Virus record (IMG/VR): IMGVR_UViG_3300020530_000006 | DNA from: a virus | Direction: 5' to 3' (one strand) | DNA: 64,000 nucleotides | Shown here: in pieces, positions 10,358 to 20,569 of the stretch | How the letters are laid out: the number at the start of each line of letters is the position of its first letter | Position numbering within the stretch: position 1 is the stretch's first letter | Translations under genes and position numbers: made by a program | The notes under the pieces: model-generated | Told to the model about the DNA's origin: nothing | The model's input: the letters and a program-made list of their open reading frames with translations, nothing else | Databases searched by the model: none

Positions 10358-11397
10358 TCACATATTTTAGAAGTAGTTCTTTTAACACACATAATATGTG
10401 TGAACAGCAATATTTTATGGAATATGTACTTGGGTGGCGTGGCCCTTCAAATAAAAAAGCAGACAAAGGTACTATAGTACATAAAGTTTTAGAAGTTTTA
10501 GCAGATATTAAACTAGCACAGCAAAATAAAAAAAGTAAAATTGTTGATGATATTTTAAAAGAGATTGATACACAGAACTATTCTTTAAACGATATCATAG
10601 AACAAGTTTATGATTTTTATACCAAACAATTTGGTCATCACGAATGGTCAAGCAAAGACTTCTCTGATTGTAAACTATGGTGTCAAAAAGTAATTGATTT
10701 TAATGGTGGCATGTTTGATCCAAGAAATAGACAAATTCTTCAACCAGAACAACATTTTGATATAGTTATAGATAAACCTTGGTCAAAATATAGTTATAAA
10801 ACTGACGAAGGAGATCTGGATGGAAATTTGGCTTTAAAAGGCACTATTGACTTGATCACCAGGATCGACGATAATACTATAGAAGTCATAGACTGGAAAA
10901 CAGGCAAAAGGCTGGACTGGGCAACAGGACAAGAAAAAACTCACGCAAAACTACAAAACGATCCACAGTTAATGATATATCACTATGCTATAAGTCAAAT
11001 ATTTCCAGAATACGACCATATCATAGTTACAATTTACTTTATCAATGATGGTGGTCCGTTTTCAATAATGTTTGATAAGAGCGATCTTGCTAGAACAGAA
11101 AATATGTTAAGAAATAAGTTTGAGATTATAAAAAAGACAAAAAAGCCAAGACTACATAAAACATGGATGTGTAGTAAGCTTTGTCATTTTGGTAAAACCA
11201 CTTTTGAAGACAACAGTAATATAAAACCCATTGTCGAGTACAGAGATAACCAACCCTGTAACATTGGCTATAATATGACAAAATGTGAACAGGTTAAACA
11301 CGAAATCGAAATCAAAGGGATAGATCAGGTAATATCTGAATATAAAAACCCACAACATAACTTTGGTAAATATAAAGCCCCAGGATCAATAGAATGA
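10351..11397 (+). CDS. PD-(D/E)XK Cas4/AddB-like exonuclease with putative Fe-S cysteines
   Basis: KGTIVHKVLE, GTIDLI, IDWKTG, QLMIY; one N-terminal Cys plus C-terminal CSKLC...C. The frame extends upstream of ATG 10396 through IIITYFRSSSF to an ATT at 10351 preceded by AAGGA. Confidence 0.85.
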   Translation: MIITYFRSSSFNTHNMCEQQYFMEYVLGWRGPSNKKADKGTIVHKVLEVLADIKLAQQNKKSKIVDDILKEIDTQNYSLNDIIEQVYDFYTKQFGHHEWSSKDFSDCKLWCQKVIDFNGGMFDPRNRQILQPEQHFDIVIDKPWSKYSYKTDEGDLDGNLALKGTIDLITRIDDNTIEVIDWKTGKRLDWATGQEKTHAKLQNDPQLMIYHYAISQIFPEYDHIIVTIYFINDGGPFSIMFDKSDLARTENMLRNKFEIIKKTKKPRLHKTWMCSKLCHFGKTTFEDNSNIKPIVEYRDNQPCNIGYNMTKCEQVKHEIEIKGIDQVISEYKNPQHNFGKYKAPGSIE

Positions 11398-13262
11398 AAT
11401 ATAATCCGTTACATTGTCACTCAATGTATTCTTTGCTTGATGGTCTTTCAAAACCATCACAGATTGCGTCCCGATGTGTTGATATTGAAGCTAAAGCATG
11501 TGCATTAACAGATCACGGAAATATAGCCGGAGCAATTAAATTTCATAAGGCGATGACTAAAGTTGGAGTAAAACCAATTCTTGGTTGTGAGATCTATTTG
11601 TGTGACAAAGACGCAACAGATCAAACCAAAGACAATAAAAGTCTCACACACTTTCTTATTTTGGCCAAAAATATAAAAGGTTGGAAAAAATTAATTAGTC
11701 TTGTGTCAGAATCTAATAGGCCCGATTTTTTTTATCATAAGCCAAGACTAGATTTAAATAATCTGGCAAGATTTATAGATGGTAATCTTATAGGATTTTG
11801 TGGACACCTAGGCTCTCTTGTTGCGGATAAAATAATTGATAACGATAAGATTAATCCCGATTGGAAAAATATTGGTAGTTCAATTGTTAACAAATTAAAG
11901 AATATCTTTGGTAATGATAATTTTTTTCTAGAAGCACAATTAATGGATGTGGTTAATACTCCAATACAAAAAAACTTAACAGATGTAATAAGAGAACTTG
12001 GCAAGATTACAGATACTAAAGTAATATGCACACCAGATGCTCATTATGCGAAAAAAGAGGATGCCTCTGATCAAAGAATATTGCTTTGTAATAACTTAAA
12101 AACAACACTGCCTGATATAAGCAGAAAAATAGCAAATAATCAAGATGTTCCATTGGGTTGTTTCTTTAATTCTGACAACTTTCATATTTTATCTCAAGAA
12201 GAGATGTCGGATATGCACACAGAAGAAGAGATTGCTAATACTCAATTAATTGCTGATATGTGTGAAGAATATGATATTACAAGCCGTCCAAAGCTACCTC
12301 CTTTTGATTGTAAGCCTAATCCAGACGAATTTTTAAGACAATTATGTAGAGATGGCTGGAAAGATAAGATAGCTAATTTCATAACAAAGGAAAAACAAGA
12401 AGAATATGTTGATAGAATTAAGTATGAACTAGGAATTTTACAAGGGGCTGGGTTGAGTAGTTACTTTCTAATAGTACAAGATATTGTGCGATATATTAGA
12501 AATAGCAATTGGCTTCCAGGTCCAGGAAGAGGTAGTGCCGCTGGATGTCTTGTTTCTTACTTAATAGGAATAACTAGTATTGATCCAATAAAATATAGTT
12601 TACTTTTTGATAGATTTTACAACTCCGGACGCAACACTAGTGACCGAGTTAGTATGCCAGATATTGATGTGGACGTTCCTATAGAAAAAAGAGAAAACAT
12701 TATAGACTATATCAAAAATAAATATGGGCAAAACCAAGTTTCTCAAATGGTTACTTTTAATACCATCAAAGGTAGAGGCGCTATAAAAGATGTATTAAGA
12801 GTCTATGGGAATATAGGTTTTGATGAAATGAATAAAATTACAAAAAATATTCCGGACGAAGCAAAAATTGCTGACGAACTACAAGAAATGAAAGATGAAA
12901 CTGGAGAAGCTTCTATCATAAGATGGTCGTTAGAAAACGAGTCCGACAAACTTAAAGATTGGTGCTTTATTGACGATAATAATGAACTACAAGGGCCTCT
13001 TGCCAAGCGATTTGAACAGGCTATAAGATTAGAGGGCACCAAGGTGAACCAGTCAAAACATGCCGCTGGGGTTGCAATAGCTGATGAAAACCTATCAGAT
13101 ATTTGTCCAATGATATATGATACCAAAAGCGAAACAAAAATAGCTGGTATGGAAATGGAAGATCTAGAAAATATCGGTGTTGTTAAATTCGATATTTTAG
13201 GTGTTGCTATGTTAGATAAAATTATGTTTATTTCAGAATACTTAAAAACGGAGGGACTATAA
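11394..13262 (+). CDS. dnaE: DNA polymerase III alpha, N-terminal part (PHP, palm, thumb)
   Basis: HCHSMYSLLDG, TDHGN, PDAHY, PGRGSAAG, MPDIDVD, KHAAG, KFDILG. Confidence 0.95.
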   Translation: MKYNPLHCHSMYSLLDGLSKPSQIASRCVDIEAKACALTDHGNIAGAIKFHKAMTKVGVKPILGCEIYLCDKDATDQTKDNKSLTHFLILAKNIKGWKKLISLVSESNRPDFFYHKPRLDLNNLARFIDGNLIGFCGHLGSLVADKIIDNDKINPDWKNIGSSIVNKLKNIFGNDNFFLEAQLMDVVNTPIQKNLTDVIRELGKITDTKVICTPDAHYAKKEDASDQRILLCNNLKTTLPDISRKIANNQDVPLGCFFNSDNFHILSQEEMSDMHTEEEIANTQLIADMCEEYDITSRPKLPPFDCKPNPDEFLRQLCRDGWKDKIANFITKEKQEEYVDRIKYELGILQGAGLSSYFLIVQDIVRYIRNSNWLPGPGRGSAAGCLVSYLIGITSIDPIKYSLLFDRFYNSGRNTSDRVSMPDIDVDVPIEKRENIIDYIKNKYGQNQVSQMVTFNTIKGRGAIKDVLRVYGNIGFDEMNKITKNIPDEAKIADELQEMKDETGEASIIRWSLENESDKLKDWCFIDDNNELQGPLAKRFEQAIRLEGTKVNQSKHAAGVAIADENLSDICPMIYDTKSETKIAGMEMEDLENIGVVKFDILGVAMLDKIMFISEYLKTEGL

Positions 13263-13264
13263 TT

Positions 13265-13444
13265 ATGAAGTTTCATGAGCTTGCTGTTGGAGAAAAATTT
13301 AAAATGAACAATCTAGAATATCAAAAAATTCCTGAAGTTAAACTTAGTTGTTGCAAGATTAAAGAGAATGCTCAATCTTCTAGCGACGGATCTAAGATTG
13401 TTGTGAAGCCACTGGACGAAGTAGAAAGAATTGCTCAAAACTAA
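13265..13444 (+). CDS. Small 59-aa hypothetical protein (MKFHELAVGEKF...ERIAQN), below the ORF-track cutoff
   Basis: ATG 13265 to TAA 13444 fills the gap between dnaE-N and the exonuclease; GGAGG lies just upstream. Confidence 0.75.
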   Translation: MKFHELAVGEKFKMNNLEYQKIPEVKLSCCKIKENAQSSSDGSKIVVKPLDEVERIAQN

Positions 13445-13446
13445 AT

Positions 13447-14142
13447 ATGTTAACCAAAAAAATTTGCGTATTCGACTTTGAAACCGACGGATCAGATCCG
13501 TATGTCTGTAGTCCGGTTCAGTTATCTGCTGTTATTGTAGATCCGATTAAACTTGATATTATACCAGGATCAGAGTTTAATGTCTTTTTCAAGCCAGAGG
13601 TAATAGAAAAAGATCCAGATTATCAATATACAACAGATATTATTGATTTTCATTCTAGAGTAAAAGGATGTTCTCAAGAAGAGATATATAAACAATGGCA
13701 AGAATATCCTTCTCAAGAAATATCTTGGACATCGTTTATAAACTATTTAGAAAAATACCATTGCGGTGGCAGGAAAAAGAAAAATATGTTTTCTGCTCCA
13801 ATAGCCGCTGGATACAATATCAATAGGTTTGATTTAAAAATTATAAACAGACTATCAGAAAAATATAAAAATCTAGAGACAAAAGAGAATGTATCTAATC
13901 TTTTTTATCCTAGAGACGTAATAGATATTATGAATTTAGTATTTTATTGGTTTGAAAATTTAGATATAAAAAGCTATTCATTAGATAATGTTCGAGATTT
14001 CTTAGGGATAGATAAAGAAGGAGCGCATGATGCTGTGAAGGACGTTATAGATTCCGCAAATATCCTTATAAGATTTTTAAGACTACATAGAAATTTATCG
14101 TCAAAGATTAAGTTCAAAGGATCTTTTACTAATGCTAGCTAA
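13447..14142 (+). CDS. dnaQ: DEDDh 3'-5' exonuclease (DnaQ/epsilon-like)
   Basis: ExoI FDFETDG, ExoII GYNINRFD, ExoIII HDAVKD. Confidence 0.85.
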   Translation: MLTKKICVFDFETDGSDPYVCSPVQLSAVIVDPIKLDIIPGSEFNVFFKPEVIEKDPDYQYTTDIIDFHSRVKGCSQEEIYKQWQEYPSQEISWTSFINYLEKYHCGGRKKKNMFSAPIAAGYNINRFDLKIINRLSEKYKNLETKENVSNLFYPRDVIDIMNLVFYWFENLDIKSYSLDNVRDFLGIDKEGAHDAVKDVIDSANILIRFLRLHRNLSSKIKFKGSFTNAS

Positions 14143-15724
14143 GTATGAGTGTGGATGTTCTTTTAGAATATCAGATTCCGAAGACCGAAATAAGATCATT
14201 TACGACACAAACGATATAAATTTTGATTGTGTAAAAACTTGGGACCTTCTAGCAGACGGAAATACAAAAGGAGTATTTCAGTTAGAGTCTCGACTTGGAC
14301 AAAGTATGTCAAAAAAACTAAAACCAGAAAATATAGAACAATTATCTGCGTTGATTAGTATTATGAGGCCGGGATGCTTAGAGGCTTTTAGGGAAGGAAA
14401 AAGCGTAAGTAATCATTTTATAGACAAAAAAAATGGATCAGAATCTATAGATTATTTTAATGAGGCTCTTGAGCCTATACTAAAAAACACTTATGGAGAA
14501 ATGGTCTATCAGGAACAGGCTATGGAAATAGCTAAAGATATAGCCGGTTTTAATTTGCAAGAAGCAGATATGCTTAGAAAAGCCATTGGCAAGAAAAGGC
14601 CAGAAGAAATGGCAAAAATCAAAAATAAATTCATTGACGGCTGTAAAAAGATAAATAAGGTTTCTGTTGATGAGGCAGAGCAGATATTCGGATGGATAGA
14701 AAAAAGCCAAAGATATTCTTTTAATAAGAGTCATGCGGTAAGCTATGCTGTTAATGCTTATATCTCTGCGTTCGCAAAGGCTCATTTTCCATTAGTCTTT
14801 TTCTTATCGTATTTAAGATTAGCAAAAGATAAAATTAAGCCACACGAAGAAATATTAGAGTTGATTATTAACGCAAAAACGATGGGGATCTATGTCTTTG
14901 GTCCAGATCTGAGATTAAAGAATAAGGACTTTGTTATTAATGATACAAAGATATACTTTGGTTTGACCAATATAAAAGGTCTTGGAGATGCGGTATTTAT
15001 TAAATTGTTTGATCTAATCAAAGATAAAGATCTTTATCAGTATGCTTGGTTGAATATGCTATTTGAGGTTCTACTAAATATTAACAGTACCGCCGCAAAA
15101 GCACTAATATCTTCTGGGGCTTTAGACTATTATAAAATATCTAGAAATAAAATGTTGCATGAATATATAATGGTTTCCGAATTAACCAATAAAGAAATAG
15201 CTATATGTCTACAAAGCGAAATAAAAAATACAGAGCTAAAAAATATTCTGAGATTTTTACTAACCCAAAAGGTAAGCAAACCAAGACAACAAAAGGTTTT
15301 ATCTCTTATTAATCAACTAGAAAACCCATCTTATAGTCTAGAAGATAGTATAGAATGGCTATCGGATAACGAGAGAGAACTACTAGGAGCATCTATTACC
15401 TGTACAAAAACAGATTCTTACGATTCTTCGTATGCTAACACAGATTGTGGTAATATACAATCTTTTAATACAGACAAGCAGTTTTTTATTGTAGCCGAAA
15501 TAGATGGATACAATGTTATAAAAACAAAAAGAGGGAAAAATCCAGGACAGGAAATGTGCTTTCTAAAACTATCAGATTCTTATGGAAGCATAGATTGTGT
15601 TGTTTTTCCGGATGAATATTCGGAAATGAAAAATTTATTAGAAATTGGAAGAGTTTTAATGTTTAATGGTCAAAAATCAAAAAAAGACCATACACCAGTT
15701 GTAAAAAAATGTTTTGTTGTTTGA
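14132..15724 (+). CDS. dnaE: DNA polymerase III alpha, C-terminal part (fingers, HhH, OB fold)
   Basis: GVFQLES, RPG, YQEQ, RKAIGKK, YSFNKSHA, FGLTNIKGLG, C-terminal MCFLKLSDSYGSIDCVVFP OB fold. Confidence 0.95.
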   Translation: MLAKYECGCSFRISDSEDRNKIIYDTNDINFDCVKTWDLLADGNTKGVFQLESRLGQSMSKKLKPENIEQLSALISIMRPGCLEAFREGKSVSNHFIDKKNGSESIDYFNEALEPILKNTYGEMVYQEQAMEIAKDIAGFNLQEADMLRKAIGKKRPEEMAKIKNKFIDGCKKINKVSVDEAEQIFGWIEKSQRYSFNKSHAVSYAVNAYISAFAKAHFPLVFFLSYLRLAKDKIKPHEEILELIINAKTMGIYVFGPDLRLKNKDFVINDTKIYFGLTNIKGLGDAVFIKLFDLIKDKDLYQYAWLNMLFEVLLNINSTAAKALISSGALDYYKISRNKMLHEYIMVSELTNKEIAICLQSEIKNTELKNILRFLLTQKVSKPRQQKVLSLINQLENPSYSLEDSIEWLSDNERELLGASITCTKTDSYDSSYANTDCGNIQSFNTDKQFFIVAEIDGYNVIKTKRGKNPGQEMCFLKLSDSYGSIDCVVFPDEYSEMKNLLEIGRVLMFNGQKSKKDHTPVVKKCFVV

Positions 15725-15725
15725 C

Positions 15726-15755
15726 TTGACTTTGGCGAATTTTCGTTTATATTAA
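15726..15755 (+). promoter_or_regulatory. Sigma70-like promoter upstream of ssb
   Basis: TTGACT, then TATATT (16-nt spacer) or TATTAA (18-nt spacer), in one of the few intergenic gaps; strong SD AAGGAG follows. Confidence 0.5.
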
Positions 15756-15796
15756 AGTAATGGTTTTGAATTTTAGCAAAAATAAGGAGTTGATAC

Positions 15797-16162
15797 ATGA
15801 ATATTGTAATTTTAAGAGGTAATCTAACGCGCGATCCAGAATTAAGAACAGTTAATAGCGGAGAGAAGCAAACATCTGTTGTTTCATTCACCGTTGCTGT
15901 ATCAAAGGATTTTACAAGAGCTAATGGAACTAAAGATAAGATTGTTTCATATGTTCAATGTGAAGCATGGGATACCGGAGCAGAAGTTATTGGTGAGTCC
16001 TTTAAGAAGGGCGATCTGGTAATGATCGAAGGTAGTCTGAGGAACGATAATTGGGAAAAGGATGGTGTCAAGCACTCGACACTTAAAGTTAGAGTAAATA
16101 ATTTCTCAAAGATTACAAAGTTAAAGAAGCGAGAGTCAGCAGAAGAAACTGTCGCTTTCTAA
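15797..16162 (+). CDS. ssb: Single-stranded DNA-binding protein
   Basis: MNIVILRGNLTRDPELR, CEAW, KKGDLVMIEGSLR..NWEKDG. Confidence 0.95.
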   Translation: MNIVILRGNLTRDPELRTVNSGEKQTSVVSFTVAVSKDFTRANGTKDKIVSYVQCEAWDTGAEVIGESFKKGDLVMIEGSLRNDNWEKDGVKHSTLKVRVNNFSKITKLKKRESAEETVAF

Positions 16163-16180
16163 ATCCTAAATATTTATTAA

Positions 16181-16214
16181 AGACTTGGGGATGGAAACAT
16201 CCCCTGTCTTTTTT
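16181..16214 (+). terminator. Rho-independent terminator
   Basis: GGGGATG-GAAA-CATCCCC stem (extended by AGAC/GTCT) followed by a T6 run. Confidence 0.85.
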
Positions 16215-16251
16215 AAATGCTATATCAACAATCAACCCTATCTTAATTAGC

Positions 16252-17844
16252 ATGTCAAAAAAAAGAATTCTAATGTGCGCCGAATTTCATGGTATAAATT
16301 CGGGATTCGGTCGATATACAAAAGAGATTTTATCTAGACTACATAAAAATCCGAACTATGAAATAGCAGAATTCGCGTCTTATTGTAGTGATTCTTATGT
16401 CAAAGATGTTCCTTGGAAAGTATATCCCAATATCGTAGCCGAAGGACACAAAGACTTTGAAGTATATAAGTCTAATCCAATTAATCAATTTGGCCAATGG
16501 AGATTTGAAAAGGTTGTTTTACACTTCAAGCCAGATATAGTTTTTGATATAAGAGACTATTGGATGTTTTCGTATCAAGAAATGTCTCCACTATTAAGTT
16601 ATTTTCATTGGGTTGTTGCTCCCACTATAGATTCTATTCCACAAAAAACAGAATGGCTTAGAACGTTTAATAACGCAGACACGGTTTTAACACATACCGA
16701 CTGGGCAGCAAACTATCTGCTTTCTGTTAATAATAAAATTAAGTTTTCTGGGTGTGTTTCTGATTCTGTGGATAGCGATGTATTTAAACCAGTAACTTGG
16801 ACCAAATCATATCACAAAGCAAAATACAACATTCCTTCCGATGCTATAATAATAGGGTCGGTCATGAGAAATCAAAAAAGAAAGCTAATACCAGAATTAT
16901 TTGCCTCACTAAGAGATCTAATAAATAAAACAGATCAAAAGATTTTTCTTTATTTGCACACTTCGTTTCCGGAAGCCCAAGGATGGAATATACCAGAGCT
17001 TTTACAAGAATACGGTGTTTATAATAATGTATTATTTACATATTATAATCCAAATAATAAGAAAGCCTATTGTTCTCTATATAAAGGCGCACGAATAAAT
17101 TGCCCAGATGATGCTGGGCATTGCATATTTCCAAATGTTATTAATGGTTTAGACAACAATCAACTTGCAGAAATATATAATTTATTTGATATCTATGTAC
17201 AATATGCCATATGTGAAGGATTAGGAATTCCACAATTAGAGGCTGTGTCATGCGGCGTACCTTTGTTTGCCGTAAATTACAGTGGAATGAGCGAAATACT
17301 GGCTAAAGTAAATGGAACGCCAATAGATTGTGTTTTAGCAAAAGAACTAGAGACTGGGTCGGATAGAGCCACTCCTATAAATTCTGATCTTGTAAACAAG
17401 GTCTTATCCTGGATCTCTTTGAGTAAAAAAGAGAAAACAGAACTTTCTAAACAAACAAGAAAGCTTCTTTTAGAAAATTATAGTTGGGATAAAACGGCAG
17501 AAAAACTATGTGATGTTTTTGATAGTCTTGAACCAAAAAATTGTTGGAATAAACCAATGATAACTCAAAATTTAAATGTTCCAGATAAACTATCTAATAG
17601 AGAGTTTGTTAATTTTATCGTTGAGAATATATTATGTGAACCCAGATTAAAGCAAACACATTTTGTACAAAATCTTATTAGATATATGGATGAATCTTAT
17701 GATACCAATAATATTGGAGAAAATAAAGCTCCAAAACAACATGTTGTTAAGTCTTTAGAGGTATTTCTAAATAATAAAATTTATTGTGAAAAACTTCGTA
17801 ATGGTGAAATAGACATATCTGGCGAGATCTTTTTAAATAAATAA
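16252..17844 (+). CDS. GT-B (family 4-like) glycosyltransferase
   Basis: SGFGRY, VMRNQKRK, FDIYVQ, EGLGIPQLEA (E-x7-E), YSWDKTA. Confidence 0.85.
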   Translation: MSKKRILMCAEFHGINSGFGRYTKEILSRLHKNPNYEIAEFASYCSDSYVKDVPWKVYPNIVAEGHKDFEVYKSNPINQFGQWRFEKVVLHFKPDIVFDIRDYWMFSYQEMSPLLSYFHWVVAPTIDSIPQKTEWLRTFNNADTVLTHTDWAANYLLSVNNKIKFSGCVSDSVDSDVFKPVTWTKSYHKAKYNIPSDAIIIGSVMRNQKRKLIPELFASLRDLINKTDQKIFLYLHTSFPEAQGWNIPELLQEYGVYNNVLFTYYNPNNKKAYCSLYKGARINCPDDAGHCIFPNVINGLDNNQLAEIYNLFDIYVQYAICEGLGIPQLEAVSCGVPLFAVNYSGMSEILAKVNGTPIDCVLAKELETGSDRATPINSDLVNKVLSWISLSKKEKTELSKQTRKLLLENYSWDKTAEKLCDVFDSLEPKNCWNKPMITQNLNVPDKLSNREFVNFIVENILCEPRLKQTHFVQNLIRYMDESYDTNNIGENKAPKQHVVKSLEVFLNNKIYCEKLRNGEIDISGEIFLNK

Positions 17845-17846
17845 TA

Positions 17847-18950
17847 ATGGATAATATACTATATATCGGACCATATAGAGAATTTAGCGGAATAGGAAAC
17901 GCATCACGATCCTATTTAAAGGCCCTTATCCATAGTGGACATAATATTAGCGTAAGACCAATATATAATATTTTTAAAGGATGTCCCGAAGAAGAAATTG
18001 ATCAAGATATTTTGGAACTAGAATCCAATTTTAGTAAAAAATACCATAAGGTTATTCAACACTGTTTTCCTCATCAGTTTTGTTTTAACAGCAAATTTGA
18101 TCAACACATAGGGATCGTTCATCTGGATTCTTTTAATTATAAGAATAATGTCTTTCAATATTTGGATATCATGGATGATATAATTGTTGGATCCTCTTTT
18201 GTTTATAATCAACTTAACAAACAAACATCTGCTAATATACATATTGTGCCAGAGCCTATAGATCTTGATAGTATTAGAGAATATAGAAATAGTACAAAAA
18301 AAACAGAAAAGACAACTTTTAATTTTTATTGCATAGCCGACTTTATAGACAAAAAAAATATACAAAAAGTTCTTTTGTGTTTTATAGATCTAATAAGACA
18401 GTATGAGAACGTGGAACTAGTTATTAAAACCAAGTCTTATTTAGGCGAAGAAATTATAATAAAAGATAAAATCGAATACGAATTTTCTAAAATATACGAT
18501 TTATATAAAACATCAAAAATAAAGAAGAAACCCAAAATAGTTGTTGGAGATGTTAAAACAGAGGCTATGTACTATATACATAATAATAATGATTGTTTTA
18601 TCAATGTTTCTAGCGGAGAAAGTTTTGGACACTCAACATTAGAAGCTATGTCTTTTGAAAATAGTATAATAGTAAACAAAAAAATAGGCAGTCACGACAT
18701 AGTTAAAAATGGTTGTGGATTTTATGTAGATAGCGTTACTAATAACTGTTTTGATGCGGATAGACTATTTCCTATGTATAATACGCCACAACAACTTATT
18801 CACGAGCCTGTGATACATAGCATATTTGATCAAATGAGCAATGCTATAAATGAATCCTCAGAATCTAAAGAAATAAGAATCAAAAAACAAAAAGAACAAA
18901 TACTAGATTTTTCTATAGATAAAATTTCTTCATTAATTAGTAACATATGA
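17847..18950 (+). CDS. GT-B glycosyltransferase
   Basis: SGIGNASR, KKNIQ, DCFINVSSGESFGHSTLEAM. Confidence 0.8.
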   Translation: MDNILYIGPYREFSGIGNASRSYLKALIHSGHNISVRPIYNIFKGCPEEEIDQDILELESNFSKKYHKVIQHCFPHQFCFNSKFDQHIGIVHLDSFNYKNNVFQYLDIMDDIIVGSSFVYNQLNKQTSANIHIVPEPIDLDSIREYRNSTKKTEKTTFNFYCIADFIDKKNIQKVLLCFIDLIRQYENVELVIKTKSYLGEEIIIKDKIEYEFSKIYDLYKTSKIKKKPKIVVGDVKTEAMYYIHNNNDCFINVSSGESFGHSTLEAMSFENSIIVNKKIGSHDIVKNGCGFYVDSVTNNCFDADRLFPMYNTPQQLIHEPVIHSIFDQMSNAINESSESKEIRIKKQKEQILDFSIDKISSLISNI

Positions 18951-19420
18951 TAGCCAATATTATAAATAAAGAAGCTGTGACGGCTGATCCGACAATAAAC
19001 ATATGTATGTCGCGTCATGAGAGTCAATACTGCAAAAACTACTTTAAAGAAATATTTCCAAAATCTTTTGTGGTAGATTTTGAAGATTCTTATTATGGGA
19101 ATATGGAGCCCACTATTATAATTTGTAATAATAGATTAACACACCTAGAAAAAAGTATAGAATTAGCTAAATTTTTTCATACTCCACTAATTATTATAGA
19201 CCACGACACAAAACCAGAGTTGGTAACAAATCAAACCAAAAGTGAGTTTTTAATTAGTCCTGTATCTCAAATAGCTTTATCTAAGGATATATATTTTTCT
19301 TGGAATAAAATACATGATGATATTATTGATCTAGCATTGGAAAATAAACCAAAATGGAAAAACATAATGTATAATATGTGTAAGCAAAGTTTTAAAATTA
19401 AAATAAATAAGATAAAATAA
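18947..19420 (+). CDS. Hypothetical protein, possibly a degenerate glycosyltransferase N-domain
   Basis: IIICNNR...FHTPLIIIDHD; context within the GT cluster. Confidence 0.4.
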   Translation: MIANIINKEAVTADPTINICMSRHESQYCKNYFKEIFPKSFVVDFEDSYYGNMEPTIIICNNRLTHLEKSIELAKFFHTPLIIIDHDTKPELVTNQTKSEFLISPVSQIALSKDIYFSWNKIHDDIIDLALENKPKWKNIMYNMCKQSFKIKINKIK

Positions 19421-19421
19421 A

Positions 19422-19895
19422 ATGGCAAAAAAAACTAAATTAAATAAAATATCAAAATTAATACAAAAAGACACTAATTACTTTATTCATATTTTTGAAT
19501 CAAATAAAGATCTAGATAATTTTGAGTTTATAGATCTAGAAACATTTTTTAAAAAACATAAAAAAAATGAATCTTGCAATGATATATTAATATCCGATCT
19601 ATTAGAATATTTTAGTGAAGCGGATAGTTTAGAGGTTCTTTCCGGCATATTATCTAAAATGAAAAAGGGCAGTAGATTGTATGTGCAGGGTACGGATATA
19701 TTGTCTGTATGCTCTAGTTTAATAAACAACCAGATTACTCCGTCGATGTTTAATATGATAGTTTATGGTTTGGGTAAAAAACATATGTTTACTTTTGGAA
19801 ACATCAAATCTCTTTTAAGTGGACAAAATTTGCAAATTAATCAAATAAAATTTATAAATGGCATAAACTATTATATAGAATGTACTAAGCTATGA
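19422..19895 (+). CDS. Class I SAM-methyltransferase-like protein (divergent)
   Basis: CNDILISDLLEYF...LSKMKKGSRLYVQGTD resembles the later MTase motifs; no GxG SAM-binding loop. Confidence 0.5.
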   Translation: MAKKTKLNKISKLIQKDTNYFIHIFESNKDLDNFEFIDLETFFKKHKKNESCNDILISDLLEYFSEADSLEVLSGILSKMKKGSRLYVQGTDILSVCSSLINNQITPSMFNMIVYGLGKKHMFTFGNIKSLLSGQNLQINQIKFINGINYYIECTKL

Positions 19896-20569
19896 CTGGT
19901 ATAACGTATGCTATTATTGCTTGTTATATAGACAAAGGCATGAAATCAAAAGGCTCAAAATGTTTGATGGAGTTTAATAAAAAAAAATTATTAGACTATC
20001 AAATAGGTAATATAATATCTGGACATAATAAAAAAATACCATATGAAATTATTATTATAACTAATTTTGAAACTCAAAAAATTCAAAAACACTTCTCAGA
20101 AAAAGCAAAGATTATTGAACACAAAGAACTTGTTAATCCAATAGTTCAAATATCGGAAGAAGCCAAATATAAAAATATCTTTTTTATAGACTATGGTTGT
20201 GTATACTCAAAAGATATCATCAATAATTTAAAATTTGCTGATTCTTTTATCTTATCTATTAAAAATAAAGCCAGTAACGAATTAGATGTTGGAATTACAA
20301 AAGATAATACTGATATTATAACACATATGTTTTTTGGTTTAGAAGACTGCAAATTCACAAATATGTTTTATCTATCAGAATCAGACACAACTAGAATATT
20401 AAAAAATATCAGCATCCACAGAAATAACTTATTATATTTTGAAATTATTAATTTTTTGGTAAATCAAGGTTCGTTAATAGCCACCAGACCGATAAATAAA
20501 AACCTATTCATCTTTTTTAATAATGCGAGACAAAAAAATGGAATTACAAAATTCATCAAAAATAATTGA
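19892..20569 (+). CDS. Sugar-phosphate nucleotidyltransferase-like protein (divergent)
   Basis: AIIAC..DKGMKSKGSKCLMEFNKKKLLDYQI resembles the ILAAG.G.RM...PK.L motif. Confidence 0.55.
   Translation: MTGITYAIIACYIDKGMKSKGSKCLMEFNKKKLLDYQIGNIISGHNKKIPYEIIIITNFETQKIQKHFSEKAKIIEHKELVNPIVQISEEAKYKNIFFIDYGCVYSKDIINNLKFADSFILSIKNKASNELDVGITKDNTDIITHMFFGLEDCKFTNMFYLSESDTTRILKNISIHRNNLLYFEIINFLVNQGSLIATRPINKNLFIFFNNARQKNGITKFIKNN

Noticed and set aside
2-15724. Inteins in NrdJ, RecA, DnaB or the DnaE halves
   Set aside because: Protein lengths are normal and no intein block A or terminal HN-C/S/T motifs were seen.
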